Shown here piece by piece: positions 38,563 through 49,939 of a stretch of 64,000 nucleotides of DNA (positions are counted from its first letter, which is position 1; every line of letters begins with the position of its first letter). The notes beneath the pieces were generated by a model. That model ran no database searches. It was not told where the DNA came from and was given only the letters and a program-made list of their open reading frames with translations. Both the position numbers and the translations under genes were made by a program. Source of the stretch: Rhizodiscina lignyota (Eukaryota). The stretch is taken from the NCBI GenBank assembly GCA_010015805.1, contig ML978128.1, forward strand, positions 310,001-374,000, written 5' to 3'.

Positions 38563-40215
38563 ATGTCGGGCATGCTCAAGCGCAGCTACACGCTCACCAA
38601 AGAGCGCTTCGAGAACGTCGACCTCAGCGAGAGCAGCGCGTACGTCTCCAACCTCTACCGCAAAGCCTCCAAGAGCACCGCTGCCGCGGCCGTCGCTGCA
38701 AGACAAAATGTAGCGCAAGCATATACCGCTGCGTCTCCGCACGTCGGAACCGCGAGAGACAATGTCTTCTCGACCACCACGTCGCTGTGGTCGAATGCAA
38801 TGTCCTTTGCTCGAGGATGGTACGACCCCGCCAGCTGGAACCCACAGATCAAAGCTACATTGACGATGGTTGCTGGAGCGCCGTTTCCAAGAGTTGGTCA
38901 TTCGCTGGCAGTGGTTAAGGGCCGAGCGTATATCTTTGGTGGAGAGAGGAATCCAGGCCAACTGGCGAACAATGACATGAACGTCGTATTCCTACCTGCC
39001 TACGAAGGACAAGAAGTCGACTACACCAGCATACCCGCGCGTTCCCTCGAGAGTGGTGGCGCCATCCCCGCAGCACGAAAGGGCCACGTCGCTGTCGTCA
39101 TCGGTGACGCGATCCTCATCTTCGGCGGAGAGCTCTCAGACCCCAATACCGAGACAGAAAAAGAAGGACGAGTCTGGATCTTCGACACCTCCTCTAACGC
39201 CTGGACCTATCTCGACCCCGCACCCGAGACGCCCTACCCAGCGGCCCGACACGGCCACGCGGCGGCGTCGTCAGAGCTCCCTGAGCCCCGCGATACCGCC
39301 GCCAAACCCGACCGCGATATCCTCCCCCAGCAACCCCCAGAAGCTGGAGAATTCCCTCCCGAGCCTGCTGACATCGCGAGCTGGGGCACACTCTTCATCT
39401 ATGGCGGTATGGCGCTGAAGAAGAATGCTGATGAGGAAGGGAAATCCGAACTACTCAACGATGCGTGGGCGTTCGACCTGCGCACCAAGACTTGGTATCC
39501 GATGCCGCCACCTCCGGGTCCCGCTAGGACAGGCGCGAGCCTCGTTTGCGTCGGGAACACGGTGTGGCGGTTCGGTGGGTTCGATGGGCAGAGCTATATC
39601 GGTGATGTGGTGGACAAGCTGGACGTGAGCGGGCTGTGGAGTTTCGGCTCGAGGGGCAGTGCATTGGGCGAGCTGGCATTTGCGAGCGGGCTTGGGGAGT
39701 GGGAGAGCTCGCCGTATGTCGCTGGACCTATCGCTAGGGCTGATGCGGGGGCGGTTGAGGTCGTTCTCGGTGGACGTGGGTATGTTGCGTTGGTTGGCGG
39801 ACAGGGAAGGGGTAGTAAGGGCAAGGGAAAGGAGACTGCAGAGGGACAGACGGAGGCGTCTGGCGAGGACGATTCAACGAGGGTGTTCGATGATATCTGG
39901 ACGTTTAGAGTCCAGCCATTGCGGGCTCGCTCGACTCAAGTAAAGAATCCGGACGACGAGCAGCAATTGGCGCCGGAGCTGGCGGAGAATTCGTGGTCAC
40001 ACGCAGAGTATCAGCATATTGACAATGAGGGGGATGTCAAGAAAGACGACGAGTCGATCGAGGTGATGAACCAGTTCAGGTCGCTGCGCAGACGTGCAGG
40101 CTTTGCAGCCGCAAAGGGCAGCGAAATTGAGGGATCCAGCTTCGTGGTGTGGGGCGGAGTGGACGGTAGAGGCGCGGTCAGGAGTGACGGCTATATGGTC
40201 ACGATTGAGACTTGA
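38563..40215 (+). CDS. Kelch-repeat beta-propeller protein
   Basis: Repeated R-x-G-H..hhFGG units (RVGHSL..YIFGGE, RKGHVA..LIFGGE, RTGASL..WRFGGFDG). Intronless. Confidence 0.85.
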   Translation: MSGMLKRSYTLTKERFENVDLSESSAYVSNLYRKASKSTAAAAVAARQNVAQAYTAASPHVGTARDNVFSTTTSLWSNAMSFARGWYDPASWNPQIKATLTMVAGAPFPRVGHSLAVVKGRAYIFGGERNPGQLANNDMNVVFLPAYEGQEVDYTSIPARSLESGGAIPAARKGHVAVVIGDAILIFGGELSDPNTETEKEGRVWIFDTSSNAWTYLDPAPETPYPAARHGHAAASSELPEPRDTAAKPDRDILPQQPPEAGEFPPEPADIASWGTLFIYGGMALKKNADEEGKSELLNDAWAFDLRTKTWYPMPPPPGPARTGASLVCVGNTVWRFGGFDGQSYIGDVVDKLDVSGLWSFGSRGSALGELAFASGLGEWESSPYVAGPIARADAGAVEVVLGGRGYVALVGGQGRGSKGKGKETAEGQTEASGEDDSTRVFDDIWTFRVQPLRARSTQVKNPDDEQQLAPELAENSWSHAEYQHIDNEGDVKKDDESIEVMNQFRSLRRRAGFAAAKGSEIEGSSFVVWGGVDGRGAVRSDGYMVTIET

Positions 40216-41580
40216 TGCGATGCTCCTGGGAGGGATAGGAGAGTCTAATTGGAGCGTTTGGTCTGGCGTTGTGCTCGTTTTATACATTTCCTTATCGGAA
40301 GTAACGATCGATACAGTACAGATGGTCTAGCCGATTAGATGGCCACAGCTCATGGGGAGCATCAATGGAAACAATTTTCCATTGTTGGTAACACGACTAC
40401 TCGCAGCCTTGTTCTCTTGCAAATCGCAGATCTGCCGTATCTCGTCTCGAGAGTGACAAAAGATTTGCCGCCAGACAAGCTGTCACACTCAAAGGCGATC
40501 AGGTCCTACACTTCAAGATGAGCGAGACTATCTCTGAAAGTTCAGTTGTACGTTCTTCTGGGTGTACTGAGCAATAACGAACCATTTGGAAACTGTCCGC
40601 TCTTTCAAAGTCTCTGCCGATAACTTTGCCCCAGTCCGAACCGTAACTTTCTGCGCCGCAGTGGGTCGTCCAAGTAGCATGAAGTGGCTTTGCTTGTAGC
40701 CTCGCAGTTTATCCTTAAGAGGTTATGATCGTAGCTTTGCCTTTACTTTCCCCTTTCCACGCGGTTCGATGCGGGATCGTAGAGTACTCAGATCGACATC
40801 GTAGCCCTAGGTCTCAGCAAGTCGCTTCTTTAATTACAGAGGCCATGTGAGGTATTGCGCCACCCGAGTCTAGTGACGCTGCACTGGCTGTTACCGGTTT
40901 ACATATCGGCACATCGTAGGCTTGCTGTTGGCAGAGGCCCTGCTTCGCGGTGCTCTTATCATGCTAGATGCAAACTCTTGTACTAGGATTAGAGGTTTGT
41001 AATTGCTGAGAACAAGTGGATATCCCATCTTCTTTGTATCTCGATTCCGTTCGGGCATGAGCGGCGGCCGAGTTGCCTCTGGAACTTGCGTCTGGCAATT
41101 GAGCCTGCGTTGGCTGACTGAGCAAGTTCGCAAACTGGTATGCCGGACCTGGTATGTACGAGCGAAGTTGAACATGCCTGCTCAATTTGAGACATCTCTT
41201 GCTGAGCTAGAGTATTGGAACGGCCAGACCGTCTAATGTCGTATAGCGATAACATGAGATCTGATTATTGATTATTCCGACAAGTCTGAGAGATCCAATA
41301 ATGTGGACCATACAATGTCTCGTGCTTTATTTGGTTTCAAATGGTCTTGGGTCATAGAACAATGAGAGCATACAACCTTTGTCAACATTCAATCATGCAC
41401 ATACATGTAGTCAGTCGCGGTTGAGGAAAAGGACGTGAAACAGGGATCGCATGAGAAAATATTGATAGCCCTTCCAACCGCCATTGCACCGCCACATTAC
41501 CACCATCAACTGAAAAATGTGAAATCAAAATATCAATTGCAAAAATTATTTGCCAAAGCGTAGTTATTTCCAGGCCCCCC

Positions 41581-41600
41581 AAAAAATATCAAAAAAGAAA
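41581..41600 (-). terminator. Pol III oligo-T terminator of the 5S gene
   Basis: TTTCTTTTTTGATATTTTTT on the minus strand, directly after the 5S 3' end. Confidence 0.7.
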
Positions 41601-41603
41601 TGA

Positions 41604-41722
41604 ACATACAACAGGAGGGATTCCCACGTGGTCACCCACCGTAGTACTAACTTCCCGCTTCGTGGCTTGAGTAAGGTCGATCGGACGAGAGGCCCTATTT
41701 TCCACGAGCTATGGTCGTATGT
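41604..41722 (-). rRNA. 5S rRNA (dispersed, divergent variant)
   Basis: 119 nt reading ACATACGACCATAG..GTCCGATC..AAGCCAC..GTTAGTACT..GGGTGACCAC..GAATCCCTCCTGTTGTATGT. Ends pair (helix I). AT/TATA-like element about 25-30 nt upstream; T-runs downstream. Confidence 0.93.
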
Positions 41723-42517
41723 GCTAGACCGTCGTCCAAACATTAAATATAAAGGAAAGAAAATATTTAGCAACCGCCACTTCCAGCAATTATTCCGTTC
41801 AATGCGGAGGAATAACCACGAACAGCCTAGAACAACAACATGTAACTAATCCAATTTCGAGGGCATCCTTCGAGCATCATGAGCCCTTTCTGACTTATTT
41901 GACTTCTCTACTTCCCCAAAGTTTGCATGCGCTATATAACTTTACGCAGTCTCTCGGCAAAATATCGAATCGCAAATACCGTCGAAGATCTCTATCCTCT
42001 TGACTCGAGTAGCCACCCTAGAAGGATTTCGTGGCTTTTGCTTACTTCGCAGCCCCCAAACTCCGATATGCGCCCTCTGCGTTACCCACTTCCAGAGAGC
42101 GCAGCATCTTCTTCGACTATGGAATACGGTTGATCATTCAGCCTGAAAAGTAAAGACCACCTTCAAACATCGGCCAAGCGGAGAGCAGAAGAAAGCCGTC
42201 GTTCGAATGCTGCGCAAACTCGCCACGTATCGAGTGTCGCCGATCGCAGGAGACTGAGTTTTGCTGGTTGCTTCTCCAATCGTGACGTAGCTAGCTGGAA
42301 TTTCGTCTACGCCGGACAATAGTTCACGCTTAATGTGAGTCTATCTTGCTCCATCGATCTCGCCAAAGCCCTTTGGAGTATGTGGCTCGTATGGTCGCAT
42401 AATCTTGAGTAATGCAGTCAGGGGTAGCAAGGCAATAATATAGATATCACGCAGATGCTCAACCTCAATGTATCAAACTTTGCTAACATGTATCATGTAT
42501 TTCAGATCATAATCAGA

Positions 42518-43549
42518 ATGGAGACGACGACGTTTGACGAGGACGGCGATGTCGCCCTCCTCTTGGACCAACAGCCCAACCAAACGTACGGAAAGCGATT
42601 CGTGGTGTCTTCCAAAGTCCTGAGTCTTGCAAGTCCCGTGTGGAAAGCAATGTTCAGTGGCAAATATCGAGAAGGTGCTAAATCTGAAGACATCCCATTT
42701 CCTGATGACGATCCGTGGGCACTCGCTTTTATGTTGAACCTTGCTCACCTCAGATTCGCTTCTGTTACGGACCCAACGCCCCTGGAGATGGTGAAGATTG
42801 CTGTGCTCTGCGACAAGTATGACCTCGTTTCCCTGTGTCGATTTCATGTCGACGGCTGGGTACGGAGGCATCGCCCAACGGTTGACGGTGACCCTGTTCG
42901 GTACACCGGGATCATCTTCTTCGCTTGGGTTTTTGGTTATGCAGAATGGATGAGAGCTCTATCACATAATCTGATAATCAATCGTCCGATTTTGCCAGAG
43001 TTCATCACATATCCTTCGCAGCAGCAGGTCTTGCCTCCTGGCCTATCTGGTAAAATCCTTTCTCTCTCGAATCTCAGCCCAGTAAAGATGCGCTGACACG
43101 CTTCAGATCTCATTGACAAGGCCGTCGAAGACGTCATGACCAGGCTCCTTGCGTGCGCATACCGAGCTTACGAGCAGATGGCAAGAGGACAGGCCTGCAA
43201 AAGACGGTTCAATCAAACTTGCAATTTCTACCTTCTGGGCGCATTCACGGTGGCCGCAGGCAAGCTCAGCATTCATTTCAACCTAGCCACAGGATGCGCG
43301 GAAAGAAAACCCGGGGGTGAAAGCGTGTCCAATCTAGCAACGTGGTTGCGAGATATCAACGTCGACCCCATTAGCGATGGAGAAGGCGGAGGATATGGAC
43401 TCATCGAGTACAATAACCGGCACAGCAATTGTCATACTCTCAACGACCTGAAGCTGGACGTGCTTCGTGTTATGGACAGCGTTCCGGATGTGCTTCAGGA
43501 CCATCACATCGAGCATATGAAGATTCAGGCGAAGAAGTTGGGAAGATAA
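42518..43549 (+). CDS. BTB/POZ-domain protein (fungal nuclear-pore-like BTB family)
   Basis: FDEDGDVALL..RFVVSSKVLSLASPVWKAMF..FPDDDPWAL..LAHL..IAVLCDKYD. Intron about 43050-43107. Confidence 0.88.
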
Positions 43550-44533
43550 AAGAAGAGGATTGGAAGATTGGAATCAACATTACAAGATTCCATTGCCTTA
43601 TCATGGCAACGGAATGGAAACCACCTTTGGCAGAGAATGGCGGTAAAGCATTGTGCTGCTTGTTCCGCAGAGACTTTGAGAGCACTCCAGCCTGTACACG
43701 GATGCCGGTACGAGAAGGCTAGAGCTGTTCACAACCGAGCCGCTCGGGCGCACTTGTGATTGACTGGATTGGGCTTAACGAAGCCCGGTATTCTTCGCGC
43801 TATGTATTTGGACACTGCAATCCTCGCTCAGTCGGCCGTCGCGGTATTCTGTCCGATCCACGTTGTTCTAGGTAGCGATATCATGAAAGGTCCTTCAAAA
43901 AGAGAATCTAATAAGAATGAGATCGACGTTGATGAAACTCGTGCGTCGCTAAGTGACTTGAATCTTTCCAATGCTGTCCGTGCATGCTGACGCACAGATG
44001 TCACGGTACTCATCGGACGGCCGATGCAGACACAATTCCATGTCACTGTACATTAAGCGCTTTACACATGAATCAGTCATCGATATTGTCAGCACTTACA
44101 CTATGAGTCGGTGAGTAACGTTGCAAAGGCAGCTGGTAACAGGAATGCCGAAATATCCAAGACGGCGCGCTGCTCGCAATGAAACCCGCGAACCGTGCAA
44201 ATCTGAACATCTTCTCTCGCGCGATAACGTTGTAGCACTCTTTTACCTGAGGTTACATGGCAAATAGTGTACTCTTCTGTCAAATCAACAGGCTGTTCAC
44301 GTGGCAGGGCAGTATGCGATTGCATCGTACGAGCTCTATCCATGCTAACCACCAATTGGCACCCGCGGTTTTCACTGTGATATGAATGGCAATTTTGAGG
44401 ATTTTTCTGGATATTGCCTCAAGAGAGTTACAGTTGACCCTATTCTGCCCGCCAACGCCGTTCGTACGCTGTTGCCAAAGCCGTGAGCATCCTCCGCTCG
44501 CTGAATGTGAGATTCGTTCTCAATTTTTCGGAC

Positions 44534-45609
44534 CTACTTCCAAGCGGCCTTCATCGTCGCCTCAACCCAGCCCGCCAAATCCAGCTGCTCCTTGATCTCC
44601 CACTTGTTCAGCAAGTTAACGCCATGATCGTTGTGCATCAACTCAGAGTCATCCCAGAGCTCGAGATCAGGAGGAAATGATTGCACCTCTAAGACTATGC
44701 ACTTGAATTCCGTTAAGTTGAAATTCGCCAACTGGAAAAGTCCTGTACAGCCGACAACTTCTTGTGCTTGGAGCAGCCTGCCGGAAGCGAGAGGGCGAAC
44801 GCGTCGTCAAGGTCCCGACGGATAACTCCTCTTGAGCGGAGGTCATCAAGGTCAAGACCAAGCTTCTGTATTGTTCGGCCCAAATACTTAGGACATGACA
44901 AGACAACATTCAGGGTCCGAACGCGATTTAACTTCTTCATCAGAGCGAGGCATAGCTTTTTCCAGAGTTTGATATCATTTACAATCCTCAGGTCCATTAG
45001 AAGGCGGACAGATTGCAATTCGTAGCTGGGCGTCGAACAGACGAAGTTGTGAAAGAGCTTTAGATTGTTGAAGGTGAAAGAATTATTGCTCCAAAAGATG
45101 ACACTTGCTTCGTCGCATACTGCGCGGCAGACTTCAAGCAATGAGACACAGGGAGGGTCGGAGTGAGGTTGAAGAGTAATGTTGCCATCGTATCCGGTCC
45201 GAAACGGGTCCTCCGAGAAAGTGCATTTGGCCGCCTCCAGATGTTTCGGCAACCAGCCTAGGCGTCCAGCATCTTCAACGGACCCAGCACGGAAATTCGT
45301 GTACGCGACTTCAGCAGTGTTCTTGTCGCAAACGGCATAAGCTGAATGACCGGTATATGTCGGATGCACGAAAATATCGTAACTAGAGAGGGCGTATTCG
45401 TAAATCTTTACGCGCACCTCGGCAGGAATTTTGGATAAGGGAGAGGCTGTCTGGAAATTGAACCTATAGCCGAGGATTAGCGAACGATGAAATCTCCATT
45501 GATAGGGAGAGTGCACATACGTGGTTTCGGCGGCGACCAGCGATAGTCGTACTCTCCCCTCGCGCCAGGCGAGCTTGTCAAGAGGCGCGGTGGCCTTCAG
45601 CTTCGGCAT
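44534..45609 (-). CDS. Hypothetical F-box-like/DUF7730-like protein; 3' end ambiguous
   Basis: SPLSKIPAEVRVKIYEYALS..LLEVCRAVCDEASVIFWSNNSFTF. In-frame intron near 45465-45551. The C-terminal part (44534-44731) lies in a different frame. Confidence 0.65.
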
Positions 45610-46580
45610 TTCGATATTGTCGTAACCGTAAGCCTATGGTCGATCCCTGCAAGCTGGAGAGTGCGGCAATGCTGGTGCGAATGTCAAGCAAAAGGAACGC
45701 GCTCCCTGAACAGCATTGTCCCCGAGTGTGGTCACGGAGGCGGAGTAGCAATGCTCCGGAGCCAGCAACAGTGTACCCCGAAACAACCACTCGACTCTCT
45801 GGCAAGAGGAAGACTTCGCTATTCTCTCGAGCCTGAATTTCTAACTTCTACCATCCTCCAGGCGTCATGGACCATCATTTTCCAGACTCCACGGACCCTT
45901 GAAGGCATCATGTCTAGTGGCGTAAGACCCCGGAAACGTCACCGGTCCAATGACTGAAGAGTTCGCAAGCGGACGATATGGTATAATAAACAAACTTCCA
46001 TTGTTGAACCGAAGAGAGCAGTTGATGGAACATAAACTTCGTATAAAGAAGCAACGGGTTATGGGAATGGACTTGAGAGAGTTCAGAAGACAGAGTCAAC
46101 GGAAAAGGAGCTTAGAGTGCCAATGCAAATAGCTTCCACAAGGAAGCTTGACAAAAGGAGGTTAGGACCGGTTTTGCCTGTCCTGAAACAACATTTTCTA
46201 CTGCTTCCTGTCTGCGGGAGAAGTTCTGTGATGACCAGCAGGAGGATATCGTTCAGAATGGCACTGTCACATCTTTTGGTCAAGCCTTCGACCAGTGCTG
46301 TTTTCCGGCTATATTTCATGTTATCAGAGTATTTTCTCTTTGATTTGCGTAGAAATGGAAACAGATGAAAGTTTAGATAGTGAAATGAGGTGCTATTAAC
46401 CTCTTATGACGGGCCGACATTGGTCCGACGGGTACATCCGTTCACATCAAAGGGCGGCTCCCCTGCTCCTCAGCTTAATTATATGAAGATTTTCATCGTC
46501 AATTTTATCGTATTACCCTCTTTCACAATCAGTTATACTTTAATCACTAAAATCATATTGTTTTAGTTGTAGGATTGCTT

Positions 46581-46619
46581 GGTTGTGGGTATGATGGGCA
46601 GTTTATCATTCCCACAACC
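46581..46619. repeat. Inverted repeat / hairpin
   Basis: GGTTGTGGG-T-ATGAT..ATCAT-T-CCCACAACC gives 9+5 paired bases with one mismatch. Confidence 0.7.
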
Positions 46620-48398
46620 CATGCGGAGTAAAGAGACATCTATTTAATTGTCTCTCAAGGCTGTTCGGAATGCCTGAGCTCTGACTACAACATTTTCACA
46701 GCAAAGAGACATGTTTTGTGCTGGTTTGATAGCTATTGAAGCGATCTGCATCGCTGTAGACGTCCTCCGGACAAGTCGGCCCTGAAACAACAAAAACGCA
46801 ACGGCACCACTTTCAAGCCCTCCGGGTCCAATGCCAGAGAAGGAATTTGATGGCCATGCCCGAAAGACGGCATATGCCTGAAATATGGAATATTGTATCT
46901 ATTCTGGCAAAGACCGACTGCAGTCGCTTTATCATGCAAGTACAGGCGTGGTGGCATTAACTCCCCACAGCCTCACCTTTTACACAGACAAGCAAGGTCC
47001 TTGTTGACCGATTTTCAACTGATTGTGCGATTGAATATTCTGGGATCTTAGGGTCCCTATTTGTGAGAGCTCACCGTTAGGCTAAATTTCCTCTCAGTTA
47101 CCCTTCACGTGTCCTTTGCATGCGATATGGGCACGGCTAAATTTTGTATAGAACACCTGTGCGAAGCCGATCACAGTCGAGATTATTAACTAATTACAAA
47201 ATTCAATCAAACCAAGCGATCGATTGACTATCTAATACGATTGTAATCGAGCACGCTGCACCAATCGGCCAGTTCAACTGGTCGATGGCCACTATGAACA
47301 AGGACGATTCGTTTTCTTTCTCCCACAACCTGCTTAAGGCAGATGAAGAGCTGGAAAAAGACAAGGGGGAGAAGGGAATCCAATGACGGGAGCATTGTTA
47401 ATCTGCCATGACAAGAGGGTGTGGTGTGCAAAAGACACCAACAAGAGTGCATGCTAAAGAGAGAGAAGGCGAGGACCTCTTAAGAAATAGAACTTCAATT
47501 AATTGACAAGGTACTTGCAAGTAAAAGCAGATGAAGTGAGCTGGAGAAGGAAGCAGAGAGTAGGAAGATTGGTGAGTTTATATAACCAGAAAACGCCAAG
47601 ACTATGGCGGCCCAAAGCAGCTTAGATTGTACGCTGTGTTGGACAGGGCGATATCGGGAGTCAAACTGGCAGTGCCAGCAGTTTACAACACCTTTTATGC
47701 TTTCTCGACGGCGCCAATGGCGTCATAGCCAACACGAGGTGTAATCCAATACAGATAAGTCTCACAGTGCCATTTCCATTGTGGAACGAGCACCGAAGGT
47801 TCGTGTCGATCGCTCCTACAGCCTTAATATCGAGTACACGCACTCTCCCGAGGATAGCAGGAAAAGCGGGAGAGGAGACATTCACTTATGACCTTGGTGC
47901 GTTGACCATCTATAGTCGGATACGTGGTTAAGAGATGGGCTCTTTCGTTGATCACAGAATCTCTATATACATCTAGTAATAATCCAATGCTTCTGAAATC
48001 TTGGGAATTTCGACGTATGTCTCTCTACAGGAGGCTTGAATGCGCGGTGAGTGAAGTAGCAGGACGCGAATGATAGAAGCAGCCTAGAGAATATGTCGCA
48101 AACTCTGATGAAAAATTGAAATTCAGTTCGAACGAGTCACAAAATTACTGAGGCCATTTCAAAGCGGCGTAAACCGCTAAATGACGTTATTTATTGTGTC
48201 GTGGAGGAGCCAATCGCCGCTAATATACGACTTTGTTTCTCCTCAGTTGCATCTTCAACTCTACACAAACCACACCGTTTGTGCCGTGCGCTTTCTTCTT
48301 CTTGGTAACTAATATCTGCTAAGATCCAGAGTCTACAAAAGCTAACGTTTCCTTTAAAGAGTCCAAATCTCAAAATCGCCAACGCGCTCCGCCTCAAA

Positions 48399-49364
48399 AT
48401 GGACGAGCCCAAAAAGGACAAGACCAAGATGGACCCCGAAATCAAGGTCTGGTGGTTTGAACCGCCACCAAAACAACAACAAACTAACAATAATACAGAA
48501 AGTCATCCAGGACGCCGTGATCCAAGAGCACCAACAGTTCGTTCACCTCCTCATTTCAAATTATCATTTCCTGCTAACAAAGCGGGAAAGATCAGGTGCC
48601 GATCACCGCAACCTCGAGCCGACGGAGCGCCTCAAGACCATCCTCGAGAACCAGGACAAAACTCATGATGCCGTTCGGTACGTAAATCACATCTGTTGGC
48701 CACTACCGGAAACCAAACCCAGTTCAACTCTCCATTAGGATCATTATTTCCTTCCTAACTCTCAATATCAACAAAACTAACACCCCCCACCAGCGCCAAC
48801 ATCCTCGCGGAAGCCCGCGACTACGCGCAATCCGGCAAAGTGCGCAAGCAGACCTACTCGCACGAGGCGATCGAAGCGGCGGAGGCGCGCATGAAGTTCT
48901 TCCTCGAGAGCGAGCCCGACGACCCGGACGCCGACCTGGCCGTGCCGACGATGGCGCCGCTCACGTGGCCGCCGGAGAACTACAAGGCCAGCGCTGCGTC
49001 CGGCGACGCCATGGACGTCGACGGCAAGGACGGCGACGAGGGCCTCACGGCCGCCGAGCTGGCCCTCCGCACGATGGTCGCGCTCGACACGTACGACGAT
49101 GTGGCGCGTGAGAGCAGGGAGTTCTACGAGAAGGCTCTCGAGCGGCGTCAGGCAAGAGAGGCTGCGGTCGAGGCTGGTAGCAGCAGGGACGTTCCTATGA
49201 CTGCTCCGGTTGATGGCCCGAACTCTTCGGGCTTCAACTGGACCTCTGCTGGCGGTGCTGACACGGTCCGCACGAGAAGCGCGTCGATGCAGGTCGGTGC
49301 GAGCAAGGCGGAGGCGAGAGGTACGTACGATCGCGCACGCGATCCCAGGCTTCAGAGGCGATGA
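48399..49364 (+). CDS. Hypothetical protein ending in RDPRLQRR
   Basis: Introns 48447-48498 and 48678-48793 (CTAAC branch, CAG acceptor) give a continuous frame; strong C/G third-position bias. Confidence 0.75.
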
Positions 49365-49939
49365 GAGCGCAGATTACGCCAAGGTTATAGACTCGAAGTC
49401 CAAGGACTCGAATTAGCGAGCGTCCTCATCTGAGGTTAAGGTGGAGGCTAAGGAAGTCAAGGAGTGAAGCACGGTGGAAGCGAAGCATGCAATAGTATCA
49501 CGATGGCCACGAAGTCAAATGGTTCAAAATGAGCGAGACGAATGGGAGTCAAAGGCTGATTCTGAGTTGAAGTATATCGTGAAGCAAAGATGGAAGCGAA
49601 ACTTTTATTGTACATCGTGATGACCGGAAAGAAAATGCAAGCCATGATCCCATCCTACTCAGTCGTAGAGGACCTCGGTTCAGTAAACTACTCCTTGTAC
49701 TCTGTCGAGCACAATCCCGTAGGTGATGCAATTCGTATGATCCCATACCATTCAGTTGCAAAGGACCTTAGCTCAATAATTCAAACCCTCGGTGTGGGCC
49801 TGTAGAGCAGTCCGTATACTATCTTACCCCCTTCAGTTGTGAAGGGCCTTAGTCCAGCAAATTCAGCACTCCTCTGTGTAGCTCTTTATGCATAATCCTG
49901 TAGCATTGTAACCCGGTTATGCATCCCCTCTTAAACATC

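Noticed and set aside
40690..40790. GGTTCGAT resembling a tRNA T-loop
   Set aside because: Flanks do not form a T-stem, and there is no acceptor stem or D-arm.
40220..41580. TPP riboswitch, telomerase RNA or snoRNA in the long spacer
   Set aside because: No CTGAGA..CTTGAT core, telomere template or paired C/D boxes seen by eye; an Rfam scan would be needed to exclude them fully.
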